NCBI GenBank assembly: GCA_964512815.1
Contig: CAZEKE010000068.1
Coordinates: 1 to 47,569, forward strand
Reading direction: 5' to 3'
From: an uncultured Acidiferrobacteraceae bacterium
Lineage (GTDB): Bacteria > Pseudomonadota > Gammaproteobacteria > Arenicellales > UBA868
DNA length: 47,569 bases
The notes below the pieces were generated by a model, which searched no databases, was not told the origin of the DNA, and was given only the letters and a program-made list of their open reading frames with translations. Position numbers and translations under genes: made by a program. Positions 15,021 through 23,857 of this stretch are shown in pieces (positions within the stretch are counted from its first letter, which is position 1; every line of letters begins with the position of its first letter).

Positions 15021-15482
15021 ATGAGAGAAATTAATGGTATTCCTTCTGTTGTGGAAGGTACTGCTTATTGGGCGCACATCCTTGTACCCAATACTCGATT
15101 CGAACCACAGAAATTTGAACTGAATCTAGCTGTGTCAGATGAAGTCTTCCAACTCTTTAGCGATGCTGGCTACTTTGGCTGTCACGCAGCAGGTACGAAA
15201 GATTTCTCACCTGATCCAGTGGTAGTATTTCAAAAGTTTGCTCACTCTAAGGACGGTGCTCCCAATGATGCACCGAGACTAGTTAATACCGACAATCAAG
15301 ATATTGACGTTGCAGTGGGTAATGGTAGTAGAGTTAAAGTTCAGTGGTCACACAGAGAGTACCCCATGAGGGGGTCAGGGAACATGGTGTTACGTGCCGA
15401 ACCAGTAGCAGTGCAGGTACTTGACCTTGTGGAGTATGGCGAGACAGGTAACGGATCAACAGCAAACACATTGGAGTTTTAA
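15021..15482 (+). CDS. T7 gp2.5-like single-stranded DNA-binding protein
   Basis: 153 aa. N-terminal GTAYWAHILVPN, GNGSRVKV and a C-terminus ending in F resemble the gp2.5 family. Sits first in the replication cluster. Confidence 0.55.
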   Translation: MREINGIPSVVEGTAYWAHILVPNTRFEPQKFELNLAVSDEVFQLFSDAGYFGCHAAGTKDFSPDPVVVFQKFAHSKDGAPNDAPRLVNTDNQDIDVAVGNGSRVKVQWSHREYPMRGSGNMVLRAEPVAVQVLDLVEYGETGNGSTANTLEF

Positions 15483-15483
15483 T

Positions 15484-15753
15484 ATGGCAGATAAGGAAGA
15501 GGCAGTGGCCCAAGAGGAAGCGCCTTCCTGGGTCTATGGAACTGAAGAGGCGACCTATGATGTTCGAGCATTAGAGCAGGAGGCGCAGCAAGCATTCGCG
15601 CTTCTTGTAGAAGTCAATGCCGAGGTTCAGGGGTTAAATAAGAGACTCTCTGTTCTTCAGGCAGCAGGTGTACAATTCAATGCATTAGTACAGAATGCTC
15701 TGAAGGAAGAGGCCATCATAGAAACGAAAGAGGTAAAGGAGGAAGAAGATTAG
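15484..15753 (+). CDS. acidic coiled-coil hypothetical protein
   Basis: 89 aa from ATG 15484. Stop TAG at 15751-15753. Confidence 0.5.
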   Translation: MADKEEAVAQEEAPSWVYGTEEATYDVRALEQEAQQAFALLVEVNAEVQGLNKRLSVLQAAGVQFNALVQNALKEEAIIETKEVKEEED

Positions 15754-17464
15754 TGATAACAATCTGAAGTACACACATCTGTCCTGTCCCTATTGTGAAC
15801 ATAATGGATGTTTTTCAATAGACGAGGATTGGTCATCTTACTGTTTTAGTTGTAAGGCATACACTAAAGATATCCGAAAGGATTACCAAGGAGAGATTGA
15901 AGACTTGATAAAAACAGCAGAAAATGTTAGAACGGATAAGCAAAATAAAAATGTACCAATAGACAACTCCTCAACAGCAGGAATCTACGGACCCCTACTA
16001 GATAGGGGCATATCTGAAGCAACTGCCAAGAGGTATAGTGTCAAGATAGCCGTTGATTCCAAGGGCTACCCAACTCAACACTTCTACCCATACTTCACAG
16101 CGAATGAAGTGACAGCGGTTAAGGTTAGATATGTGAATGATAAGCATTTCACATGGAAGGGTTACGCCTCAGACAATGGTTTATTTGGTGAACAGATTGC
16201 CCCTAAGAAGGGCAAGTACATAACCCTCACAGAGGGAGAGTGCGATGCTATGGCTGCTTACGAACTGCTAGGCAGTAAGTGGCCTGTGGTATCCATTAAG
16301 TCTGGAGCGGCTGGCGCAACCAAAGATGTCAAAGAATCTCTGGAGTTTCTGGAGAGCTTTGATACTGTTGTGATTGCGTTTGATAATGATAAACCAGGTA
16401 GAGAAGCAGCTAGAAAAGTAGCAAGGCTCCTAAGACCTGGTTCCGCTAGGATTCTTACTCTCCCAGAGGGATTCAAAGACCCTAATGAAATGCTCCGTAA
16501 GAACCAGCGAGAGAAATTCACAAGAGCCTTTTGGGATGCTAAAGTGTATACACCTTCTGGTGTTATCAATGTGTCCGACAATAGGGAGATGTTCAAGAAG
16601 CGTGAGAAGAAGGACTCTATACCCTATCCTTGGGAGGGTCTGAACAGGAAACTGTACGGACTCAGACAAGGTGAACTCGTAACTCTCACTGGAGGTACGG
16701 GGCTTGGTAAATCCTCAGTAACACGAGAGCTTGAACACTGGATCATAAAAACAACAGGAGATAACGTTGGGATTATATCCTTGGAAGAGAGCAGGGAGAG
16801 AACCTTCGATGGTATCATGTCTATTGAAGCTAATGCGAAGCTTTATATAGATCAGATAAGAGAAACATTCTCAGATGAAGAGTGGAACAGATACTTCGAT
16901 ATTCTATACACCGAGGATAACAAGGATAGGGTATGGATTCATGCTCACTTTGGAACCAACGATATAGAAGAGATATTCTCGAAGCTAAGATTTATGATTG
17001 TTGGTTGTAACTGTAAGTGGGTGGTAGTAGACCACCTCCATATGATAGTCTCTTCACTCGCAGAAGGGGATGAGAGACGAGCCATAGATAATATCATGAC
17101 CCGCTTCCGATGCCTTGTAGAAGAGACAGGCGTGGGCCTGATACTGGTGTCACATCTTCGTAGGGTGGATGGTAATAAGGGCCATGAGAATGGTATAGAG
17201 ACAAGCCTGAGCCATCTCAGAGGATCGCAGAGCATAGCACAGCTATCAGATTGCGTCCTTTCCTTAGAAAGAAACCAACAATCTGACAATATGGATGAGG
17301 CTAACACAACTAAGGTCAGAGTTCTGAAGTCTAGATACACTGGAGATGTTGGCCTAGCTACCTCGTTACTCTATGATAGAGAGACAGGTAGACTAAGTGA
17401 GATTGAAACTGGAGACCTTTCACACTCCCTCTTAGAAGAGGACGTTCCACTGGAGTTTAATTAA
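15749..17464 (+). CDS. bifunctional primase-helicase (T7 gp4-like), proposed AUU start
   Basis: Zinc motif CPYC...CFSC at 15785-15853 is in frame but upstream of the tracked TTG 15905. TOPRIM EGECD and FDNDKPG, Walker A GGTGLGKS, Walker B VVVDHLH. The only in-frame start-like codon with an SD is ATT 15749 (GGAGG 6 nt upstream). Confidence 0.75.
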   Translation: MSDNNLKYTHLSCPYCEHNGCFSIDEDWSSYCFSCKAYTKDIRKDYQGEIEDLIKTAENVRTDKQNKNVPIDNSSTAGIYGPLLDRGISEATAKRYSVKIAVDSKGYPTQHFYPYFTANEVTAVKVRYVNDKHFTWKGYASDNGLFGEQIAPKKGKYITLTEGECDAMAAYELLGSKWPVVSIKSGAAGATKDVKESLEFLESFDTVVIAFDNDKPGREAARKVARLLRPGSARILTLPEGFKDPNEMLRKNQREKFTRAFWDAKVYTPSGVINVSDNREMFKKREKKDSIPYPWEGLNRKLYGLRQGELVTLTGGTGLGKSSVTRELEHWIIKTTGDNVGIISLEESRERTFDGIMSIEANAKLYIDQIRETFSDEEWNRYFDILYTEDNKDRVWIHAHFGTNDIEEIFSKLRFMIVGCNCKWVVVDHLHMIVSSLAEGDERRAIDNIMTRFRCLVEETGVGLILVSHLRRVDGNKGHENGIETSLSHLRGSQSIAQLSDCVLSLERNQQSDNMDEANTTKVRVLKSRYTGDVGLATSLLYDRETGRLSEIETGDLSHSLLEEDVPLEFN

Positions 17465-17465
17465 A

Positions 17466-19241
17466 ATGACTAGACTAGTCTTTGACATCGAGACAAATGA
17501 CCTCCCTCCAAATGTCAAAAAGATATGGTGTCTTGTCGCAAAGGATTTAGATACTAAGAATGTCTATACCTTTGGCCCAGAGTCAATAGAAGAAGGAGTC
17601 GCTTTCTTACAAAGGGCAGACTATCTTGTAGGACATAACATAATAGGCTTTGATATACCTGTTATTGAAGAGCTTATGAATGTCAAGCTTGGTAGAGAGG
17701 GGGTTAGTATTGTAGATACCCACACTCTGTCCAGGCTCTTTAACCCTACCCGTGATGGAGGACACTCCCTTGCTGCATGGGGTTCTAGGTTGGGCATGGC
17801 TAAGATAGACTTTGAAACGTTTGACCATTACTCAGGGGAGATGCTTGAGTATTGTATCAGGGATGTCGAGCTTAATGAGAAGGTTTATCATGAGCTTAGA
17901 GAAGAAGGAAAAGGATTCTCTAAGGAATCGGTAGCCCTAGAGAGTAAGGTATCAAGGATTCTTTATGAGCAGCGTGAGAACGGTTTCCTATTTGATAGTA
18001 TTAGTGCAGAGATACTGAAGGCAAAACTTGAAGAGAGAATGGAGAGTATTAAAAGAGAAGTTCAGACTATCTTCAAGCCGAGAGTCAGTGAAGTAAAACT
18101 GTATGCACAATTTACCAAGACGGGAGCACTTGCTAAGACAGCGAAGACCCTAGATGGTAAAGGTATAAGGTTGACTGATGAAGAATATCAGGAACTAGCT
18201 GCCTTCACACACAGACCCATTAGCAGGTACATGATTTCTGAGTTTAATCTTAGTTCAAGACCTCAGATAAGCGAGAGGTTACAAGAACTCGGCTGGAAAC
18301 CTGATAAGTTTACCCCTAACGGGAGACCAACCGTCGATGAGCAAGTCCTTCTAGGGATTAAAGGGATACCTGTGGCAGAACTTATTGCTGAGTATATCCT
18401 CTTGCAGAAGAGGGTTGCACAAGTAGGCGGTAAGAAAGGATGGTTAGAATATGTTCAGGACGATGGTAGGGTACATGGATCTGTTATATCTAATGGCGCT
18501 ATAACCGGACGCATGACGCACCAGCAGCCAAACATGGCACAAGTACCCAGTACGTCATCACCATATGGCAAGGAGTGTAGAGAATGTTGGATAGTACCAC
18601 CTGGTCATAAGTTGGTAGGTGTTGATGCGAGTCAACTTGAACTACGAATGCTTGCACATTACATGAAGGATGAAAATTATATAAATGAAATCGTTAATGG
18701 TGACATACACTCCACTAATCAAAAAATTGCGGGACTTCAATCAAGAAATCAGGCAAAGACATTCATATACGCGCTCCTCTACGCAGCAGGAGATAGAAAA
18801 CTTGGAACTTTGGTTGGTAGAAGCCCAAGCAGTGGGAAAGATCTTAGAAAACATTTCTTTGATAATCTCCCATCATTTAAATCTCTTAGAGAAAGAGTGT
18901 CAACGGCTTCGCAACGAGGATTTCTCAAGGGATTAGACGGCAGAAAGATATTTGTGAGGTCCGAACACTCGGCACTTAACACACTCTTGCAAAGTGCTGG
19001 TGCGCTAGTAATGAAACAAGCCCTTATCACCCTAGATGAGGCGATCAAGAGGCATAGTCTTAATGCCAGGTTCGTTGCGAATGTACATGATGAGTGGCAG
19101 ATCGAGGTACTTGAGAAGGATGCTGAGAGAGTAGGAGAACTTGCGGTAGAGGCAATAAAAGAAACTGCCTCCGTGTTTAACCTTATATGTCCTTTAGATG
19201 GCGAGTATACTATAGGAGACAATTGGAGTGAAACGCATTAG
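17466..19241 (+). CDS. family A DNA polymerase with 3'-5' exonuclease domain
   Basis: Exo I VFDIETN, Exo II HNIIGFD, Exo III YCIRDVEL. Pol motif A VGVDASQLELR, motif B RNQAKTFIYALLY, motif C NVHDEWQ. Confidence 0.9.
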   Translation: MTRLVFDIETNDLPPNVKKIWCLVAKDLDTKNVYTFGPESIEEGVAFLQRADYLVGHNIIGFDIPVIEELMNVKLGREGVSIVDTHTLSRLFNPTRDGGHSLAAWGSRLGMAKIDFETFDHYSGEMLEYCIRDVELNEKVYHELREEGKGFSKESVALESKVSRILYEQRENGFLFDSISAEILKAKLEERMESIKREVQTIFKPRVSEVKLYAQFTKTGALAKTAKTLDGKGIRLTDEEYQELAAFTHRPISRYMISEFNLSSRPQISERLQELGWKPDKFTPNGRPTVDEQVLLGIKGIPVAELIAEYILLQKRVAQVGGKKGWLEYVQDDGRVHGSVISNGAITGRMTHQQPNMAQVPSTSSPYGKECRECWIVPPGHKLVGVDASQLELRMLAHYMKDENYINEIVNGDIHSTNQKIAGLQSRNQAKTFIYALLYAAGDRKLGTLVGRSPSSGKDLRKHFFDNLPSFKSLRERVSTASQRGFLKGLDGRKIFVRSEHSALNTLLQSAGALVMKQALITLDEAIKRHSLNARFVANVHDEWQIEVLEKDAERVGELAVEAIKETASVFNLICPLDGEYTIGDNWSETH

Positions 19242-19557
19242 CAATGATAGTCCACCAGAAGACCTGTTCCCACCAACAAAGCCCACTGACCCCAACAAAA
19301 TTGGTGACATAGCAGAATATTATGCTATCACCTGGCTATGGGATAATGGGTATAACGTATTCAAAAACTGTGGTTGTACAGGACCAGTGGATCTGGTAGC
19401 AATGACACCAGAAGGAAACATACTCTTGATTGATGTTAAGTCATACAAGGATGGAAGACTATCAGCCAGATCAGATATACAAAAAGAATTAGGTGTGAGA
19501 TACTTACATTTTAACTCGGAGACACGTAAGATGAGATTTGTGGAGCATAAGAAATGA
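19228..19557 (+). CDS. small PD-(D/E)xK-type nuclease-like protein
   Basis: 109 aa. GDIAEYYAITWLWDNGYNV...GPVDLVAM...ILLIDVKS matches the E...D...(D/E)xK pattern of the Hjc/YraN-like fold. Confidence 0.5.
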   Translation: MKRISNDSPPEDLFPPTKPTDPNKIGDIAEYYAITWLWDNGYNVFKNCGCTGPVDLVAMTPEGNILLIDVKSYKDGRLSARSDIQKELGVRYLHFNSETRKMRFVEHKK

Positions 19558-20417
19558 AAAATTTGGAGAATGTAGTAGAAGACATTTACGAGACCCTCTC
19601 CTGTCTATGTGACCAGGAGGATCTTAATATACCTGAGAAGGATATCGAAGATTTCGGAGAGCGTATGAAGAATGTCATTCGGCATTGGTCTAAGCCACAT
19701 CAGGAGTCTAAGGGTTTGCGAATGTCAAATGTTGGTAGACCATTAAGACGACTCTGGTATGATCTAAAGAAGGACAAGCCACTCTATAATAGAGCTGACC
19801 CACACACGTTCATAAAGTTTCTTTACGGACATATGCTAGAAGAAGTGGTGCTCTTGCTTGTCAAACTCTCTGGTCATGAGGTAACGGATGAACAGAAAGA
19901 GGTGGAGGTTGATGGGGTCATAGGCCATATTGATTGTAAGATAGATGGAGAAGTTGTAGATATTAAGACAGCCTCGAACTTTGCATTCAAGAAGTTTCAG
20001 GATGGAACACTACATACTAGTGATCCATTTGGTTACATGGCACAGCTATCTGGATACGAAGAGCCAGAGGGAACCAGCGACGGAGGTTTCCTAGCTCTTA
20101 ATAAAGAGAGTGGTGAGCTGGCTTTATATCAACCCGGACCACTGGTAAAAGTTAATGTTCGAAATAAAATAAAGTCTGTCCGTGATGCAGCAGATATAGA
20201 CACGCCGCCAGAAAGATGTTATGCTACTGTGGCTGAAGGCGTGAAAGGTAATCAAAGATTGCCTAGAGAGTGTGGATATTGCCCACATAAGATAGAGTGT
20301 TATGCTGATTCCAATAATGGTAGGGGCTTGAGAATATTCAAGTATGCTTCTGGACTGAAGTATTTCACCCGTGTCATGTCTACGCCCAAGGTCCAAGAGT
20401 TAGCAGTTAATGAATAG
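19554..20417 (+). CDS. Cas4/RecB-like PD-(D/E)xK exonuclease with Cys cluster
   Basis: GHIDCKIDGEVVDIKT nuclease motif. C-terminal CGYCPHKIEC (Cx2Cx5C) plus N-terminal Cys residues, as in 4Fe-4S Cas4-type nucleases. Confidence 0.65.
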   Translation: MKNLENVVEDIYETLSCLCDQEDLNIPEKDIEDFGERMKNVIRHWSKPHQESKGLRMSNVGRPLRRLWYDLKKDKPLYNRADPHTFIKFLYGHMLEEVVLLLVKLSGHEVTDEQKEVEVDGVIGHIDCKIDGEVVDIKTASNFAFKKFQDGTLHTSDPFGYMAQLSGYEEPEGTSDGGFLALNKESGELALYQPGPLVKVNVRNKIKSVRDAADIDTPPERCYATVAEGVKGNQRLPRECGYCPHKIECYADSNNGRGLRIFKYASGLKYFTRVMSTPKVQELAVNE

Positions 20418-20721
20418 TCGAGTTTCAAAAAGGATAAGCAGACAGGTGAGTGTTATTCTAGTTGAGTGGCTGAAGTCCATAGTACCGGAAGGTGATGCAG
20501 ATAAGATTACCAAAGAAAATGTACACTCCCTAATGCCTAAAGATAAACATGTCTTTTTTCAAGGCACAGTTCGTTTGAGTACATATAGCCCGAAGTGGAT
20601 AAGACAGAAGATAAAAGAACTGATAAGAAAGAAACCAGAGACTTGTATTGAGTCTATAACAATGGAGGAACTCGAATGCCTAATAAAGATTGGCAGTCGG
20701 GAGGTGATCCAAGACCACTAG
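20410..20721 (+). CDS. hypothetical protein
   Basis: 103 aa ORF. Confidence 0.5.
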   Translation: MNSRVSKRISRQVSVILVEWLKSIVPEGDADKITKENVHSLMPKDKHVFFQGTVRLSTYSPKWIRQKIKELIRKKPETCIESITMEELECLIKIGSREVIQDH

Positions 20722-20855
20722 CCCAGCTTCTAGTGGGCCTCTCAGGTTACATAATGAGTGGCGGTCCAGTAGAAGAAATAGATTTTATAGTTCTAATGGA
20801 GCTACGAGATTCAATTGATGAAGAATTAACAAAAAGGCAGGGACCAATTCATTAA
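20676..20855 (+). CDS. 59-aa hypothetical protein (not in track)
   Basis: GGAGG SD 7 nt upstream of ATG 20676. The TAA stop at 20853-20855 overlaps ATT 20851. Confidence 0.4.
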   Translation: MPNKDWQSGGDPRPLAQLLVGLSGYIMSGGPVEEIDFIVLMELRDSIDEELTKRQGPIH

Positions 20856-21276
20856 AAAAAGACAACCAAGAAAGCGAAGACCCATTGAGAAGGATGTACC
20901 AAGTGGATACGATTCTAAGTGGGAGGCTCGACTGCATAGTGAACTACTTAAAGATTGGGACTACCATCCAGAGAAGGTTCATTATGTTATTGAGCACTCC
21001 TATCATCCTGACTTTGTGAAACGAGTTGGCTATTCTAAAATTCTATTAGAAGCGAAGGGCCGCTTTTGGGACTACGCTGAGTATAGTAAATACTTATGGA
21101 TAAAGAAAGTCCTAATGCCTAGTACTGAACTAGTCTTTGTCTTTGCTAACCCACAGGCTCCTATGCCTGGAGCAAAGAAAAGAAAGGATGGAACCAAACG
21201 GTCCCATGCAGAGTGGGCGGAGGCCAACGGTTTTAGGTGGTTCTCTGAGTATAATTTACCTGACGAGTGGATATAA
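20851..21276 (+). CDS. T7 endonuclease I-like Holliday junction resolvase, proposed AUU start
   Basis: SGYDSKWEARLHSELL...YHPDFVKR...LLEAKG...LPDEWI aligns with T7 gp3 SGLEDKVSKQLE...YTPDF...VETKG...IPAEWI. The tracked GTG 21016 lies after the PDF motif. Confidence 0.7.
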   Translation: MKKRQPRKRRPIEKDVPSGYDSKWEARLHSELLKDWDYHPEKVHYVIEHSYHPDFVKRVGYSKILLEAKGRFWDYAEYSKYLWIKKVLMPSTELVFVFANPQAPMPGAKKRKDGTKRSHAEWAEANGFRWFSEYNLPDEWI

Positions 21277-21277
21277 A

Positions 21278-21679
21278 ATGACAAGAACCGTAGATGATAT
21301 AACCCCCGACGAGTGGGATGCCCTAGCTCAAAAATTTGGTACTGGGGACAGTAAGACTGATGGTGCTAAGTATCGAGAAGCACGTAAGAGAAGGAATATA
21401 GTGGCGGATGTGAACTACAAGTCTGATGATTACAATAAACAATACAATAATGTACATAGTCCTGTACATTATAATCAGGGACATACTGAGTGCATAGATG
21501 CCATTGAAGCTATGTTATCAGAGGAAGAATATATAGGATATTTACGTGGCAACTCTATGAAGTACCGTTGGAGATTTAGGTATAAGAATGGCTTTGAAGA
21601 TTTAGATAAAGCTGAATGGTATGAGAAGCGCCTTACGAAGTTTATGGAGGATCACGATGTCTTGGGACAGGAAAAGTGA
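21278..21679 (+). CDS. DUF3310-like phage protein
   Basis: 133 aa from ATG 21278. SPVHYNQGHTECIDAIEAML...YLRGNSMKYRWRFRYKNGFEDLDKAEWY is the characteristic DUF3310 core. Confidence 0.65.
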   Translation: MTRTVDDITPDEWDALAQKFGTGDSKTDGAKYREARKRRNIVADVNYKSDDYNKQYNNVHSPVHYNQGHTECIDAIEAMLSEEEYIGYLRGNSMKYRWRFRYKNGFEDLDKAEWYEKRLTKFMEDHDVLGQEK

Positions 21680-21783
21680 TAGACGCTTACAATATATTAA
21701 GCGTAGAAAATCTAGAACTAATTCAAAAAGTAAAAGATTTAAAAAAATAAAAAAAGATGAATTAAGATACAAGGAAGATAAGG

Positions 21784-23691
21784 ATGATCTCGACAAATAT
21801 ACCTAGAGTTGGAGTGCAGGAATACCTGGGCATCCAAATAGATTATGAACATGATAACCTACTAGAAGATTTCGGCCTATCAACCGTACAAGATAGATAC
21901 TTATGGGGAGATGAAGAATCCCCGCAAGAGGCTTTCGCTAGAGCGTCTGTGTTTTCTGCAACTTACAAGGGTAATACAGATTATGAATTAGCGCAGCGTC
22001 TCTACAACTACGCCAGTAAATTCTGGTTTATGTTCAGCACACCCATACTATCTAATGGGGGTACTACACGAGGACTCCCAATCAGTTGCTTCTTAAATTA
22101 TGTACCAGACTCAAGGGAGGGTTTGTCTCAGCACTATGATGAGAACATCTGGTTAGCCTCTGCCGGTGGCGGTATTGGAGGTTATTGGGGTGACGTAAGA
22201 TCTAGTGGTGTATCAACAAGTAGCGGTAGCCGATCAACAGGATCTATACCCTTCATGCACGTTGTAGATTCCTGTATGCTTGCCTTTAACCAAGGCACTA
22301 CAAGGCGTGGCAGCTACGCAGCCTACATGGATATATCTCATCCTGAGATTGAAGAGTTCATAGCGATGCGTAAGCCTACGGGTGGTGACATTAATCGCAA
22401 GAGCCTTAACATTCATAATGGAGTCAATATAACTAATCAATTCTTGGATGCAGTACAAGCAGACGAGCCTTGGAGATTAATAGATCCTAAGTCAAAGGAA
22501 TGCTTAAAGACTGTGAGTGCCAGGAGCCTATGGTGGCAGCTTATACAGACCCGTTTTGAAACAGGAGAGCCATACATATTAAATATAGACAAATGTAATG
22601 AATTTCTGCCGAGTGAACAAAAGAGCTTAGGTTTAAAGATAAATCAAAGCAACCTTTGTTCTGAGATAACCCTCCCCACAGACGAGGAGAGGACTGCTGT
22701 TTGTTGTTTATCGAGTGTTAATCTAGCGACCTTTGATGAGTGGTCAGAGGATGATAATTTTATAGCAGATATGGTTACGATGCTGGATAATGTTTTAGAA
22801 TTATTTATTGAAAGTATAGTCGATACAAAAGTATTGGACAGTGATTATAATGCAAATTTCAGGAGATTTAAGAATTATGTTCAAGAAGGTAAAGAAGGTT
22901 TTGCAAAAGCCGCTTACTCAGCATATAGAGAACGTTCAGTTGGACTTGGAGCGATGGGGTTTCATAGTTACTTACAACATCGTAAGTTACCTTTCGAGGG
23001 AGTACTCGCCTCAAGCTTTAATCACCGAGCTTTCTCAACGATTAAGCACAAGGCTGAAGAAGCGACTATGGTACTGGGCAAGGATCGTGGGGAGGCACCT
23101 GATATGGCTGGGAGTTTTAAGCGTAATGCTAATCTATTGGCTGTTGCTCCTAATGCTTCTTCTTCCATTATATGCGGTGGAACGAGTCCTTCTATTGAGC
23201 CAACGAGGGCTAACGCATATACGCACAAGACTCTAAGTGGCAGCTTCCAGGTTAAAAACCCTTATCTCGATAGGCTCTTAGTAAAGAAGGGACTAAAGGT
23301 TAAGGAGCGTGAGGAAGTATGGAAGGACATTATAAGTCACAAAGGATCTGTTCAGCACCTAGATATACTAGATGATGATGAGAAAGAGGTCTTTAAAACG
23401 GCCCCTGAAATAAATCAAATATGGTTGATAGAACACGCTCACCAGAGGCAGCAGTATATATGTCAGAGTCAGAGCGTAAACTTATTCTTTACACCTCCAC
23501 CAACGACAGAGCCACAGGAAGTACACGATAAGTTCCTACAGTATGTCAATGATGTCCATTGGGCAGGAGCTAATACGTTGAAGTCTATGTACTACCTAAG
23601 ATCTGAATCGGTTAGAGATGCAGAGAATGTGAATATAAAAATACCAAGGATAAATCTGGAGGATGTGGAGTGTTTAAGTTGTGAAGGGTAA
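21784..23691 (+). CDS. nrdA: ribonucleotide reductase class I alpha subunit (no ATP-cone)
   Basis: NLCSEITLP active-site motif, GLGAMGFHSYL, C-terminal CLSCEG cysteine pair. Confidence 0.85.
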   Translation: MISTNIPRVGVQEYLGIQIDYEHDNLLEDFGLSTVQDRYLWGDEESPQEAFARASVFSATYKGNTDYELAQRLYNYASKFWFMFSTPILSNGGTTRGLPISCFLNYVPDSREGLSQHYDENIWLASAGGGIGGYWGDVRSSGVSTSSGSRSTGSIPFMHVVDSCMLAFNQGTTRRGSYAAYMDISHPEIEEFIAMRKPTGGDINRKSLNIHNGVNITNQFLDAVQADEPWRLIDPKSKECLKTVSARSLWWQLIQTRFETGEPYILNIDKCNEFLPSEQKSLGLKINQSNLCSEITLPTDEERTAVCCLSSVNLATFDEWSEDDNFIADMVTMLDNVLELFIESIVDTKVLDSDYNANFRRFKNYVQEGKEGFAKAAYSAYRERSVGLGAMGFHSYLQHRKLPFEGVLASSFNHRAFSTIKHKAEEATMVLGKDRGEAPDMAGSFKRNANLLAVAPNASSSIICGGTSPSIEPTRANAYTHKTLSGSFQVKNPYLDRLLVKKGLKVKEREEVWKDIISHKGSVQHLDILDDDEKEVFKTAPEINQIWLIEHAHQRQQYICQSQSVNLFFTPPPTTEPQEVHDKFLQYVNDVHWAGANTLKSMYYLRSESVRDAENVNIKIPRINLEDVECLSCEG

Positions 23692-23713
23692 ATTTACAAG
23701 ACTAAGAGAATTT

Positions 23714-23857
23714 ATGGAAGACTATGAGCTTCAACAGGAAGATAGGAGAATCGAGTTGAGAATGTACAAAGTTCGTTGGATATGGTATCATACCATACTA
23801 GGAGTGGAACTAGCCGCAGTATTTTTAGTACTTGTAGGTATATATCTAAAACTATGA
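23714..23857 (+). CDS. 47-aa protein with C-terminal TM helix (not in track)
   Basis: MEDYELQQEDRRIELRMYKVRWIWYHTILGVELAAVFLVLVGIYLKL. ATGA overlap with the next gene. Confidence 0.4.
   Translation: MEDYELQQEDRRIELRMYKVRWIWYHTILGVELAAVFLVLVGIYLKL

Noticed and set aside
16258-17340. Several 64-131-aa minus-strand ORFs inside the primase-helicase gene, plus similar antisense ORFs in the DNA polymerase, RNR and GT-MT genes (for example 18779-19222 and 24852-25355)
   Set aside because: All are antisense to genes with strong catalytic motifs. They are low-complexity and lack start context.
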